This document shows, piece by piece, positions 50,125 to 63,918 of a stretch of DNA of 64,000 nucleotides. Made by a program: the position numbers and the translations under genes. This stretch comes from Azolla caroliniana. Its lineage: Eukaryota > Plantae > Polypodiophyta. Within the stretch, counting starts at the first letter, position 1. Every line of letters begins with the position of its first letter. The notes beneath the pieces were generated by a model that saw only the letters and a list, made by a program, of their open reading frames with translations, ran no database searches and was not told the origin of the DNA. The DNA lies in NCBI GenBank assembly GCA_043228905.1, contig JBHGNT010000005.1:24056001-24120000 (forward strand). The letters are read 5' to 3'.

Positions 50125-53100
50125 TTGTCGGTTCCTAAGGCTTTGTTGAAGATGTCGGTTGTCTAAAAATTCGGGTTGATGTGTTGAAGGTCAACATCTC
50201 CAGCCTGAACGTGCTCTCGGATGAAGTGATAGTCTCTTTCGACCCGTTATAAGCAATAGAACCGAGATTGAGGTTCATGCGACAAACCAAGGGGCACTTC
50301 GATATGCTTTGTGTGTGTATGGAACACTGGGTTCTGAGCCCGATAAATACTGCTCATGTTGTCGTAGTAAAGGGGAGTAAGATCCTTGATGGGAACGCTG
50401 ATATCTTTCAAGATTCAGTTCAACTAGACGACTTCACATGCAACCACAACCGCGCCCTTGTATTCAACCTATGTGCTCGAAAGAGCAACGATTGGCTGCT
50501 TCTTGCTACTCCAAGAGATGGCTCCACTTCTGAGAGAGAAGACAAATATTGAGATCGATCGTCGGTCGGTTCTGTAGCTAGCCTAATTTGCATCTATGTA
50601 CCCTTCGAGTCGAATTGGCATTACTATCTTGTAGAGAATGCCACAATCCATTGTGTTGCTCACGTATCGTAATACTCGCTTAACGCAATCCAAGTGAATA
50701 TCACGTGGTTTTTGCATAAATTGGCTAAGGAGGCCAACTAGGTAGCTAAGGCCGGGTCGAGTGATCATGAGATAGATGAGGCTCCTGATCAGTTGTCGAT
50801 ACTAAGTTGGCTCGCTCTCTTCTATGCCGGAGTCGGCAGCTATATTTAAGTTTTGATCGAGAGGGGTTGCCACAGACTTATACTCAGTCATCCTGAACTT
50901 ATATAATAAAATGAGGATGTAGTGTCGTTGGGAGATCATAATGCTAGTTCGAGTCCGAATTACCTAGATGCCAAGGAAGTAATGGAGCTCTTTCATGTCT
51001 GTCATCTCGAATTTTTCGGAAAAGAGGGACTTGACCTTGTTGATGTCGACTAGATTTTCACCTCCAATGACCATATAATCCTCGTATAGGATGATGGCAA
51101 TCAGACTTCCAGAATTGCTTCTAACATAGAGAGAGTTGTCTGATTTGGACATTCTGAAGCCGATTTGATGAAGATATTGTGTTATCTTAGAATACCAAGC
51201 ATGTGGTGCTTGCAGAATCACTTCTAACATAGAGAGAGTTGTTGGATTTGGACATTCTGAAGCCGATTTGATGAAGATATTGTGTTATCTTAAAATACCA
51301 AGCATGTGGTGCTTGCTTAAGGCCGTAGAGTGGATTCTTTGGTCGGAAAACTGCTTTCGGATGGATGTCGGATTCAAAGCTGGGTGGTTGTACCATGTAC
51401 ACCTCCTCTTCTAAGTCTCCTTGGAGAAAAGCGTTTAATTACGTCCATCTGATGGAGGGATACATTTCTCCGACTTAGGATCGAGCTTCTGTCGATTCTC
51501 GTCGGGAATATGTACATACGCAATTGAGCCGAATAACTTGACGTGGGATAAATCCAACTTCTTTCCATAAAACTTCTTGTGGGGCGTTACGTCGTGCACC
51601 CCGGAGGTTGTACACCTGTTCATGAGGTAGACGGTTGTGTTGGTGGCTTTTGCCCAATATGACTTTGGTAGGTTGTTTTTGTTCATTATCGCCATGGCTA
51701 CCTCTAATATGTGCCGATTCTTGTGTTCGGCTACTCCATTTTGTTGAGGTGTATGTCGGCAGGAGAACTCTCCTCGAATTCCTTCCTTTCGGAGATAACC
51801 TGTGAAATCATCCCAGAAGTACTCCTTACCCACATTTGATTGAAGGCATCGGACATGCCGACTTGTGGCTTTCTCGACTTCATTCTTAAAATTTTGGAAT
51901 TGTTCGAACACTTCACTCTTTTGCCGCATGGGGTAGTAATATCGGCATCCACCGAATGTTGCCGTTTGTGCTAAATTGGCAAGCTTCACATACACCTTCA
52001 ATCTCTTTTTCTTTGAAGGTTGGGAGCCGATGACGACTCCTTTCGATTGCATTGCCTTGAGTTTATTGAGATTGATGTGGCCAATTCTCTTGTGCCACAA
52101 CTATATATCTGTGTCGGATTTGAGGCCCTTTGCAAACATGGACGATTTTACTTTGTTCAGCTTGAGAATAAATATTCGGCCTTCCCTTCAACCATGAGCG
52201 ATGAGTCAACCTTCCTTCTCGATGAAACAACCACCTTGGTTGAATCAGACATGCATGCCTTGCTCCACAATTTGGCCAACCGAGACCAAATGTTTCAATA
52301 TGGTTGGTACATGCAATATGTTTTTGATGCAAGCTCGTTAACCTTCTTTCCCGAATGGGACATTGTCGATGTGCCGTATTGGATGAGTGGTATCATCTTC
52401 GGTCTCGACATAGCCAGGTCGATCCGGCTCTCGAAGGTCTCGGAACCATTCTTGATGAGACGTCATATGGTTCGAAGCACCGGTGTCGACGAACCATACA
52501 TCTTCTGGGCCGGAGGCACTAGTTGAAGTAGAGGCCAACATAGAATTGACTCTATGTCTCATCACGAACATTCCGCCACGGTCGCCATAGTTGGAGTTGG
52601 TGGTGTAATTGGTGAGTTGCTGGCTTGTGGAAGCCAACTCACGCTTCTTTCGACAATCTTCTTCGTGGTGGCCGATTTTGCCACAATATCCGCATTCGAT
52701 TGAGTTTTGTCGTCTTGGACTGGCATGGAAGCTCCCCTTCTTTCGAACGTTCCACGATTGTTTTCGTTTTCTTGCTGAAATTGAGAGTTGTTTTCATAGG
52801 TTGGATCTCGTCCACCTCGTCCTTGGCCGAATCGGCCTCTTCTTGCTCGACAACGTCCTCTTCCTCCGTTCGAGTGTGTGTAGAGCACGTGGCCTTCTGA
52901 GGCGTTGCTCCTTGTTCGAACATAGTTTTCTTCAACCAACAACATTGATTGAAGATAAAGAAAGAGGGAGGATTCTCCCTTGTTAGGATGGTGGTTCTCA
53001 TCGCACTGAATCGTGGTGTGAGGCCGCCTAGGCATATTTGCACCATCTCATCATCTTCCACATTGACGCTTATTGAGCCGAGCGAGTGACAAAGCTCCTT

Positions 53101-53639
53101 GATCGTCAAGGTGTAGCTTGTGATGGACATATCCCTTTGTTGGATGTTGTTCAACTCTTGGCGGAGTTGAAGCTTTCCAAATTATTGAATTGTCTAATTA
53201 GATTTACATTATTTATTAATAATAATGTGTATACAACATGGTGTAATGGATGATGTTGTCAAATTATTAATCCAATCATTTATATTGATTGACAACGTTA
53301 ACAAAATTCATTGAATGAGCTGAAAGACAACATGAATCCATGAACTACCAGTGCTATGCTAATCCTTGGATTACTAGAGAGCAAGCTTATTTAGGCTAAG
53401 ATCGATATTAAACTAGGTGAAGAAATAAAGAGTACACGAAGTGATCATAAACAAACAAACATAGATTAGCGAAAGAGGTTTAAACTAGTAGTACGTGATT
53501 TATATACATTGTTCTTTGTGGATGGAACAAAGAGTAATAAATGAATGTTTGCTATTAAATACTTTTTTATCGCAATCGATTATATTTCATTGTCCCATTT
53601 TGGTGATGGTGTTTTATTGTCTTATTTATGTTCGAATGT

Positions 53640-54900
53640 TTTTTATTTAAAAAAAATAAAACTCATTCTATTAGTTAAATTTTTTTACAGTTGAGAATGT
53701 TATATATGAATCCTAGAAGGAACTCGATAGTTCCATCTTATGTGAAGGCCCACTAGATCAAGAAAGGGAGGGGACAACAATTGTTGGATGAAGGTGCAAT
53801 AATGTCGCCTGGTGCATGGTTTCATTGGAGAAGACCCGCCTACAACGTTGTTTCCAGAGAGTCCATAGTGTTATTGGGTTGACCAATTCCAGCACGACTT
53901 AAGTTTTTGGCATTGATGGGAGTTGAGTGTGTTGGGAAAACAGGTCCCTCCGGATGGGATGAAGAGAACGAACCGAATCGAGGACACATTGGTAATCGAG
54001 ATAGAAATCGAAAATCGATTTAATCACCGATTCGGAAGACTATATTTGTAAATAGTCTAAATGTGTCCTTTGTGGGCTATACTTGTAAATAGCCAGAAAG
54101 TTGTTTTTGTATATAAACAACTAGGGAAAACTCTAAGGTAGTAGTTGATCATTATTAGTTATAATATAGTAGGAGAAGGTTGTTGCCTTTGTAACTAGTA
54201 GGAGAGAGAGAGAGAGTGTGTGTGTGTGTAAGAGTATGAGGCACTCTGCAACCGTTGTTTTGACGAAGATGAGCTCAAGGTTGTTGCCTCCGAGTCTCCT
54301 TTTATTCCTCCATCATTATTAGTGATTCTATTTCTCGGGGTTTGTGGAACTTCATGGTTTTTCCATTTTGGGTTTTCCACGTAAAACATCTGGTGTCTAT
54401 GTACTAGTTTTTCTTTTCTTTTGCCTTCTAGTTTTCTATCTGTGCACTGTCTATATTGATTCTTTGTACCCAAACATTCAGAAGAGAGACAGTTGTTGGT
54501 GGTGGAAAACAATATCTCTTGTGCCTTTGTCACCAACGTCATCCCCTCTTGATGTTTTGTTAATTGAGGCTTGTCATAATAGCCAACATACATTCCCCCA
54601 CTTGAATGTGCCTTGCACCTGACATACTTTCAATAGTCGGCCAACCCCCTTAATCCTAAAACTTGGTAATGGAGGTCCATACCTAAAGGCAGTCCATAGA
54701 GTGCATCGAATTGATTCTATTACATTGGGGCAAGTTACACAATTAGGAGAGCTAAGGATCCCATGTTGCCATGCTCCAATTGGCGATGAACTATGTATTA
54801 ATAACCATTGAAATGTGGTAATTCGCCTAACGTTTTGTTGTTTCTATAATTGCTGCCAAAACTTGGCAATAGTTGTAAACATGAAATGTGTGCCATATCT
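53640..54900 (-). mobile_element. Decayed L1 3' relic interrupted by a solo LTR
   Basis: zf-RVT-like relic (TCPNVIESI..LW) at about 54690-54740 and an NHAP-like C-terminal relic at about 53815 on the minus strand. Confidence 0.4.
53930..54511 (+). mobile_element. Solo or truncated LTR related to the Tork-like Copia
   Basis: Starts TGTTGGGAAAACAGGTCCCTCCGGATGGGATG, compared with TGTTGGGATTACGGTCCCTCCGGATGGGATG at 43261. Shares TTGTAAATAG, GAGCTCAAGGT and GGGTTTTCCACG blocks. The 3' end and TSD are uncertain. Confidence 0.7.
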
Positions 54901-55263
54901 TTGCAACAACCATGTTAAAAATTAGGTAATTAACTAAGGTTAATTAGGATCAAATGATGTGAGTATTGATAAAGCAGCGGAAGATTATGTGAATTGTGTG
55001 TGTATGTGTGTGAGAGGAAGAGAGAGAGAGGAAGATACACTTATGAACAATAATATAAATGGGGAATGATTAACAAGAGTGTAGCTAAAGACCTTTCTCT
55101 ATATTAATAAGCATTAAACAACAATGATACCCACAATGTGGTATATATATACATCTCATGTGCAAGGGTGCACATGTGTGAGGAGAATATAGGTACAAAG
55201 GTGTAAGTCCTATATTAAATGAACATGTGAGTGGAGGATCTAGAATGTATCCCACTCAAGTAC

Positions 55264-58200
55264 TGTTGAGAGACAAGCTCAACATTGGGTGCGTAAACGG
55301 GTACGTAACCCAATACGTAGACTGGGTGCGTAAAACCGTACGCAAAGTATGGCCGTGGCGGTGTTTAAATGAAGAGGCCGTTAGAACGTTGTCGTGAAGA
55401 TTTTCGTCCACAAGCGGAAACCTGAGCAACGAGAGCCAAAGAGCGATGTGCAACGTTGCACACGCACATAATGTATTTGTAATAGTAATAAAGGTATAAA
55501 GGTGATGTGGTTGTAGGCACATCGACGCGAGAGAGAGAGAGAGAGAGGGAGAGAGGTACTATGCGGTACATAGGTACCTAGTTGTTTGTGAGGAGGTGGG
55601 AGTTAAGGGGCCATCAATCTCACCCTCCCCCAAATCAAGGCAAATATCCCCTTTGAATGAAAGGGGATATTTTAGTCTCACTTTTGTAAGCGGTCTTCCC
55701 TCCTTGTGCTATAAAAGGAGAGAGAAAGCACCATTGTGGGGGTTGCCCATTTTGCAATAGAGGGTATACCGTTAGGTTTAGAGTTAGGTTCTTCTTCTTC
55801 TCCTTCTTCGTGTTTCGCTTAGGGTTTGCTTTGGTTCGGCCTCCTGTGCAAGACCTCGCTCGTCGCGACGAGCCGAGAGCTCCCCGACGGCGGCTTGGCA
55901 GCAAACGACTACTGTAACCTACCTCAGTCCGGCTCGAAGCCGGGGATGTATTCTTCTGTTTATACATATATATATATATTTGCGTCTGTCTGTGTATATT
56001 TGCGTCCATGTTCGTGTCGGGTGTTTCCCCTTTCCTGCGTTTCCTGTACATGAGGGCGCGAGGCGGGTCAACATGTGTGTGTGTGCGTGAGTCGGTGTTA
56101 AGTGCTCTCTCCCTCTCTCCCCTCGGTTGCTTCCAGTGTGCTTCTGAGATGCCCCGGGAACGGTGAAGCCCGACTTCCTACCCTCCAACACTCCCTAGTC
56201 CAAGACCCCCGTGGTCCCGCCTTTCTACACGCACGCGCGTAATAACGTGACAACGTTATTCCTCATAAGGAATAGTTTTGGGAGTTAGTGTAGAAGGCTC
56301 ATTTATGAGCAGTCAAGTACTGGCAGTACTTGTGTCAGCCCAATAATCAAGGCTTGTATAAAAGGTGCTCACTGAGCACGAAATATGTACAGAGAACATA
56401 CAGAGAATTATTTTGAATATAGTTTTGTAGTTTCTGATTTGTCTTTGTCTTTGTCTTTGTCTCTCCCTCTCCTTCTCTGTGATTTCTGTGTTTCACTGAA
56501 CTGTCATACTTTCGAACCGGGTGCTTTGTGTTTTTACGCATACGCTTCCACACACGTATTCTTTACATGGTATCAGAGCGCGAGGGTTGAGACTCCTCTG
56601 CAGCTGACATAAAAGCTTGCGATAAAGACAGTGTTAAGTTATTTGTCTTCGGAAAGGATAAGACAACAATATGGACAGAGGAATGGGAAGCTCGCTACCG
56701 ATTGAGAAGCTCGATAGAAGCAACTACGTATCTTGGTCGTACTAGATGCACCACTACCTGCTTGGTCATGGCTACTGGAGTTATGTTGATGGAGCTAATG
56801 ATGCAACACCCGAATCGACACACAAAGACTTTTCGGCGTGAGAACAAGCGGCAAGCAGAGTTCTTTACTGGTTCGCGTCCTATGTGAGTGACTAGCTCTT
56901 GAGCTATATTCAGGATGCTAAGACGCCAAAGGACGCGTGGTCAAATCTCAAGAGGATTTTCGCCACTAGCACAACAACCAGGACGCTGCAGCTCATGCAG
57001 GAGCTCAACAATGTCCGACAGAAAGATCTGTCTGTGGCCGATTACACAGCCTGAGTCAAGGAGATCCGCGACTCTCTCGCCTCTGTCAACGTGAATGTTG
57101 AGGAGGACGAAATGGTGCATGTGTGTCTTGGTGGGTTAGCGTCAAAGTTCGGAGCATTTTGGACGGCAGTCTGCACAAGGGAGATTACGCCTTCGTTCTT
57201 CGAGCTTCAGTCGATGTTGCTCATAGAGGAAAATCACGCGGGTGCGTCGACAAGTACGCACACCGACAACAAGATGTTGTACATGGAGGAAGATAGGTCC
57301 TGTGGTCGTGGCGGACAAGGAGGATCGGCGCGCAATGGAGGCGGCCGAAAAGAGCAGAACGTGTGACATAATCGAAATGCCAGAAGCAATTCCGAACTGT
57401 TCGGAAGTAGGGGGAGTCATAGCGGCGCCGGAAGCCGGCAAGAGAAGGCCATAGGGAGAGCGAGTGCTAGAAGAAGAGAGCCGATTCGGACAAAGCCGGA
57501 TTGAGTGGAAGAGATGCAGGAAGGCGTCGAAAATTGCACTATGCCGAGGGCTCCGAACAAGCCAGAAGTGGATCGGCCTTAGCCTTCATAATAAAGCACA
57601 AGGCCAATTCAATGGCCGTGAACACCTCAAAATCGAGCGAGGTGTGGTATGTTGATTCCGGAGCGTCGAATCATATGACGAGTCATGAGGAATGTTTCTC
57701 GTACTTGGAGAAACCGGAAAAGCAAGGAGTGGTCGAAATGGGAGATGACACTCCTCATACCATCGAACATGTCGGAGAAGTTCCCCTCAGCCACATCGGG
57801 AAGAAAGGGAAACTCATGAACGTGTTGCACGTCCTGACAATAACCAAGAACTCGGTGTCGGTTGGTTAGATTGTTGATCAGGGGATGCAAGTTCGATTCA
57901 CGCACCTCAGGTGCTACATCGAAGAAGAAGGCAAAGTAATCATGCAAGGACGCTATGAAGGGAGGATGTTCATCCTCGACACCAATCAAGCCGGAACCTC
58001 GTTGTTCGCAAAAGGATAGAAGGTCGAGTCGGACATCAATCTGTGGCACAAGCGGTTTGGCCATGTTACTTCCCACAGCTTCGTGAAATGCAGATGAAGA
58101 ACTTTGTTTTCGGATTGCCAAAATTTCGGGGCCGTAATGGACAAGTCTGTGAAGCCTGCCAACTTGGGAAGCAACACTGATTTTCCATTCCCCAATGAGC

Positions 58201-60386
58201 GTAATAGTAGTCGAAATCCATTGGATTTGATCCATTCAGATGTGTGGGGACTGGCACAGAACGTGAGTCTCGGTGGAAGCCGTTACTTCGTAACCTTCAT
58301 CGATGACTTCACTTGGCATACTTGGGCATGCTTGATCACGAAAAAGAACGAAGTCTTCATGTGGTTCCTGAAGGTGAAGAGCCTTGCGGAAAGGGAAACT
58401 AGACGTAAGATCAAGTGCCTATGGTCCGATGGCGGGAAGGAGTACTTCCCCAACCAGTTCACGAGTTATCTACAAAAGGAGGGAATTCGACGAGAATTCT
58501 CGTGTAGATATACGTCGGATCAAAATAGCGTAGCTGAGCAAAAGAATCAGACAATCGAAGAAGTCGCCAGGGTAATGCTTGAAGAGAAGCATATGCCAAA
58601 GCTCTACTAGGCTGAAACCGTAAGGACGGCAATTTACTTGCAGAATTGGACCTGTGCTAATGGAGGAGTGTTGCCACATGAGTTGTATTACGGCAAGAAG
58701 CCGAACTTGGCACACTTGAGGATTTTCGACAGCATCGCATACGTATATGTGACGAAGGAGTAACGGGGTATTTACACGAACAAAAGGGGTATAAATGTTA
58801 TAACCCCTGAACGAAGCAAGTTTGCGTAAGCCGAGATGTCATCTTCGACAAGTCCGCTTCGTGGTACTTGCCTTCGCCTGTAGTCCCTGATGACTCCATT
58901 CTGAATTTTGAAGAAGAGGTCAGCGAGGACGAGCTGCCTCCGTGTGATGAGGAAATCAGACCTCTGACAGAGAGTCAGATCTCATTTCGGCTAAGTGGGC
59001 CGAATGAGGGGTTGAGCTGAGATGGCCAACCAAATGAAGAGCCGACGAGTAGTGGAGACTCGGCCGTATTGTCCCCGCGTAACAAACTGAGGAGACGGTT
59101 TGCGCGTAAAGAAAAAGGGAAGAAGAAAATATCGGAATACGATTTTGGCAATGCCGAGTCAAATCGGAGTGAGTCAGATTTCGGGCCAATAAAAAAGGAA
59201 TCTCCATGGAAGAAGTTGAAAATGGCTGAAAAGGCCGTGAAATCGGGTAATCACGAATTACGCCGATCTACATGCTTGACAAACCCCGTAAAGAGGTACG
59301 GGTACAATAAATACATGGCGCACCATTACGTGTACATGACATGAGTGGCGGAAGTGCATGAGCTGGAGAGCTACGCAGAAGCGGCGGAAGACGCAAATTG
59401 GCGTGCCGCGATGGAGGAAGAGATGCGCGCTTTAACGGACAATGCGACTTGGGACCTGGTTGACGTACCGAAGGGTGTAAAGCCGATCGGATGTAGATGG
59501 GTGTATAAGGTGAAATACAACACCAACACCAACGGCTCCGTCAACCGATACAATGCCCATTTGGTTGCGAAAGGATACACACAGAAGCACAACGTAGATT
59601 ATGACGAGACCTTCGCACCAGTCCCGAAGATGACTACCGTGCGAGTTCTGCTAGCCGTAGCTGCGGCGAAGGGGTGGCATCTACATCAGATGGAAGTAAA
59701 GAATGCGTTCCTGCAAGGTGATCTTGAGGAACAGGTGTACATGGTACAAGCCCCCGTATTTCTATCTGAACAGAACACTTCGGCAGTCTACCGATTGAAG
59801 AAGGCGTTATACGGACTTAAGCAAGCCCCGTGAGCTTGAAACACGAAGATTACACAATGGTTGCGTAGAATGGGGTTTATGACGTCCAAGTCAAACTCTT
59901 CGTTATTTGTTCGGCAAGGTAAACACGGTCCGGTTAGCCTTTTAGTTTATGTTGATGATTTAGTCATTGCCGATGCCGACCTGGAAGAAATCGGCCGTGT
60001 CAAGTCTCAACTTGCAGCATCATTCGAAATGAAGGATGTTGGAGACCTTCATTACTTCCTCTAGATCGAAGTGATCCATTCCCCCGAAGGCATATTGATA
60101 ATTCAACGTCATTACTCACTGAATATGCTCTTCAAGTTCAGGATGGCAGATTGTAAGCCCATCTTGACCCCTCTGGATAGAAACATAAAACTTCACCGAG
60201 ATTCGGGAAAGGCATGCGACCCGACACGGTTTCGATAGATTTTCGGAAGCCTCATTTACTTGACGATCACTCGGCCCGACCTCAACTATCTGGTTGGAAT
60301 GATCAATCAATTTATGTCGCAGCCCATGACTGACCACCTTCAATGCGCACAAAGAATATTACGATATGTCAGCAGCAAGAAAGACA
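55264..60386 (+). mobile_element. Decayed Ty1/Copia on the plus strand, 3'-truncated; related to the minus-strand Copia
   Basis: 5' LTR TGTTGAGAGACAAGCTCAAC...CTTTACA at 55264-56567, interrupted by a solo LTR; PBS at 56568; gag, DSGASNHMT, integrase HSDVWG, RT YVDD; stops at the RT/RH junction. Confidence 0.85.
55390..56252. mobile_element. Solo LTR (863 bp) inserted in the Copia 5' LTR
   Basis: TGTCGTG...CGTGACA termini; 4-bp TSD ACGT; internal TATAAAA; removing it restores a ~437-bp Copia LTR. Confidence 0.7.
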
Positions 60387-63300
60387 TGGCACAAAACTCG
60401 GAGTCAGCACCGACATTCTTCTCCAATCCGGAGGAAGGACCGGTCGTAGTAGACACCAACAGTCCGACGATTACATTTATTATCAAAGGAAGAGAGATAC
60501 CCGGAACAATTGTTGACGGAGGTGTCGGTGTGAGTGTAATCAACCAACAAACATGCGATACCCTGGGTATCAGAGAATGGGAATCGTGTCCATTTTGGTT
60601 GAGAATGGAGGAACTCATCCGAAACTTAGAGATTACAATCGGAGGGCACGCATTCCGGATATCCGCAGTGGTCCTGCAACTTAACGCACAAGGGGCTTAC
60701 CCTCTGTTGTTAGGAAGACCATGACTGCGGACGATGCATATTAAGCAAAACAGGCAGAAACACGTAATTACCTTCCGACGAGGGAAGACGAAAGTACGGG
60801 TGCCGACACAACCACGTGCGGGTACAAGTAAGGAGCTGAGACCGCTTTATGCAGAAAGTATTAATAATTTGGATGGACTGGCGGATGATGAAATCAATTG
60901 ATACCTGGAGGAACATCCGAAGATAGTACCGTTATTTGAAGTCGATGTGGCTGGAGCCGTCACACCGTATGTCACACACCGGGAAGGAGAATTTGACGAG
61001 CCGGATCCAAAGGCGATCCGGGAACTACGGCAAGTGTAGGAATCATTGGAATGGGAAATGGCCGTGTCTCAAAGAGTGAAGGCATCCCAGCTAGAAGAGG
61101 TGAACCTCAGTATCGATGAAGTGCCGAAACCGGTGAACGTGGCAAAGGAATTGCCACGGGAAGAGAAAATGACAATGATTGAACTTCTCAAAGAATTCCA
61201 AGATGTGTTCGCTTGGTCATACGAGGATATGCGAGGATTGGATCCACAATTGTACCAACACCAAATCAACCTTAGCAAGGATGCGAAGCCGATAGCGCAA
61301 CGATGTTACTGGATGAACCCAAACTATGCGGCAAAAGTTGAAGAAGAAATCGATATGCTCTTGAGAGTCGGTTTCATCCGACCCGTAAAACAAGCAACAT
61401 GGCTGAGTCCGATAGTCGTCATACCAAAGAAAAATGGAAAGATTCGGGTGCGTGTTCACTACTGAAAGTGTAATGCCGCTATGATGATGGACGCGTTTCT
61501 GCTACCATTCACGGATGGGGTGTTAGATGCGGTGGCCGGTCATGAGGTATACAGTTCCTTGGATGGACTCAACAGATACAATCAATTCGAATGCACCCGA
61601 CGGATCAGGAAAAGACGACGTTCGTTATAGAATGGGGAGTGTTCGTTGCAGTGGTTATGATGTTCGAACTTAAGATGACACCGAGGACTCTCCAGAGGAT
61701 TATCATGGAGATATTCAGGGAATACATTCCAACATTTATGCAGGTCTTTTTGGACGATTTTGCAGTCTATAGCCGGAAGTAAGAACATCTGGACAACCTC
61801 TAGATGTGTTTGGTGAAGTGCCAGGGATTCCGACTAAGCTTGAATCCGGCAAAATGTGTTTTCGGGGTAACAAGCGGGGCATTACTCGGACACATCATTA
61901 GCAAGAACGGAATTGCTGTTGACCCGAACAAGGTAAAAGCCATCTTACAAGCACCAACGCCGACCAATGCCAAAGCATTAAGCCGGTTCTTAGGATAGAT
62001 TCAGTGCCATAGCCGGATGCTCTGATACTTAGAACACTTCGTGACTCCATTACATGTTGTTGTACACCGTGTACCCTTTCAATGGCCCAAACAAGAAGAA
62101 AGAGCATATCAAGCATTAAAGGTGATGTTGTCACAAACTCCGGTGGTGCAACGTCCAGATTGGAGGAAAGATTATCATGTGTTCATGGATGCTTCGGACA
62201 TAGCAATCGGGAGTGTTCTCATGCAACTTACCGAACCAAAGTGGTACCATCCAGTTTATTATGCAAGCCGAACAGAATTTCTCATGCAACTTACGGAACC
62301 AAAGTGGTACCGGCCGATGTACTCTCCATAGCCGAACAGAATTTCTCGAGAATGGAGAGAGAAGCCCTAGGGATGATCTACAATGTCACCAAGTACCGCC
62401 ATTATCTATTAGGACGCAAGTTTTCATTCCATGTGGACCACTCAACACTAATATATTTGGTATCCAAGGCGTCATTAACTGACAAATTAGCAAGCTGGAC
62501 ACTACTAATGCAGGAGTTCGAGTTCGAGATATATCACCGACTAGGAGGACAACACACGGTGGCAGACTACTTGAGCTGAATGGAATCCGGAGAAGTAGGG
62601 GATGGAGTTCAAGATGAGTTCCCAGATGCCGAGCTATTCAAGGTTACCGCGGAAACGGTGGTGGATGAGATAGTGGCCGGTGAGGATAAATGGCTCACCG
62701 ATATGCATTAGTGATGAGTACCGGACTACCTCCAAAAGAGCTGAGCCGGGATGAACGGAAATGCCTGGCAGTCCAAAGTCGCCATTTTTGTTTGATACAA
62801 GATACATTATACCACAAGGGAGCCGACAACATCTGGTGGCGCGCAGTACAAAGCAATGATAAGTAAGCGATCTTACGAGAAGCCTATTGCGGAGTAGCCG
62901 GTGGGCATTATGCCTATGACACCATTGCCCGGAAAATTTGGAGAAGTGGGTTATGGTGGCCGACAAACCTCAAGCGTCCAATATTGTAAAGATTGTGATC
63001 TCTGCCAACAGTTGGGCCAACCAACAGAATAGGCCTGGATGCCCCATCAACCGGTGTTGCCATTAGAACCGTTCCAAAAGTGAGGGTTAGACTTCGTAGG
63101 ACCATTTAAGCCACCGAGAATGCGCACAGGAAACCGGCACATCATTGTAGCCAAGTGTTGACTATTGTACAAAATGGGTGGAAGCAAAAGCGGTCCCGGA
63201 CAACACCGCAACATCGACGACGAAATTTCTGTATGAGTATATATGGTGCCGATTGAGCTGTTCAACAACCAGGGAGGACATTTCCTTGGTCACGTTGTGG

Positions 63301-63918
63301 AAATTCTAACAACGTTCTATGTGGTAGTTCATAAATGTAGTACGCCATACTACCCGCAAGCGAATGAATTGGCGGAATCAATGAACAAGACGCTCCAGAA
63401 CATTCTCTGGAAAATCGTAAGTGAAAACCGGACGGACTGGGACACCAAATTACACAACATGTTTTGGGCTGATCGGATGACGTATAAAACGAGTATCCGG
63501 ACGACACCATTCCAATTGGCATTCGGGCTAGAGGCTGTCATGCCTATGGAGTTCCAGATTCCCAGCTTATGAATCTAGGTTCGGGAGCGATTGAGTGAAA
63601 AGGAGTCTGAAAAGATCTGGTTGGCGACACTTTGTGAATTAGAGGAACATCGGATAGCTAGCATGTTGCAATTAGAGCTAGAGCAAAGGTGACGAAAAGC
63701 CTTCGTGGACCAACATAGGTGCGGCAATGAGAAGGATTTTGGCATCGGAAGATCGGTAATGGTATTCCTGACCTGGATGGGTAGCATGCCGGGGAAGCTG
63801 CAGTTCCGGTGGACCGAACCATTCTAGATTACAAAAGAGTTCCACGGGTCTTACCAACTTGGCACACTGGCCGGCAAGATACTGAAGAAATGGGTTAACG
63901 GGTTTTGGCTAGAACCAT
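60387..63918 (+). mobile_element. Decayed non-chromoviral Ty3/Gypsy pol (PR, RT, RH, INT)
   Basis: IVDGG, DVFAWSYEDM, WLSPIV, FLDDF, DASDIAIG, GGHY, GLDFVGPF, YYPQAN; many stops; 63-bp-period duplication at about 62217-62311. Confidence 0.88.

Larger units (their letters stand above)
37091..53178 (-). mobile_element. Old Ty1/Copia element on the minus strand, 5'-truncated and split by the Gypsy insertion
   Basis: gag (LRQELNNIQQ), protease DTGASNHMT, GAG-pre-integrase WHKRIGH, integrase PQQNGVAE, RT YGLKQAP, and RNase H DIFNKALGTD|KLRQF joining across 50125/37729. PPT then 3' LTR. Many stops and an internal deletion. Confidence 0.88.

Noticed and set aside
51110-51316. 103-bp tandem duplication in the old Copia RT
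   Set aside because: Ordinary post-insertion decay.
54950-55263. Possible further LTR fragment flanking the plus-strand Copia
   Set aside because: LTR-like composition only; termini and partner could not be identified.
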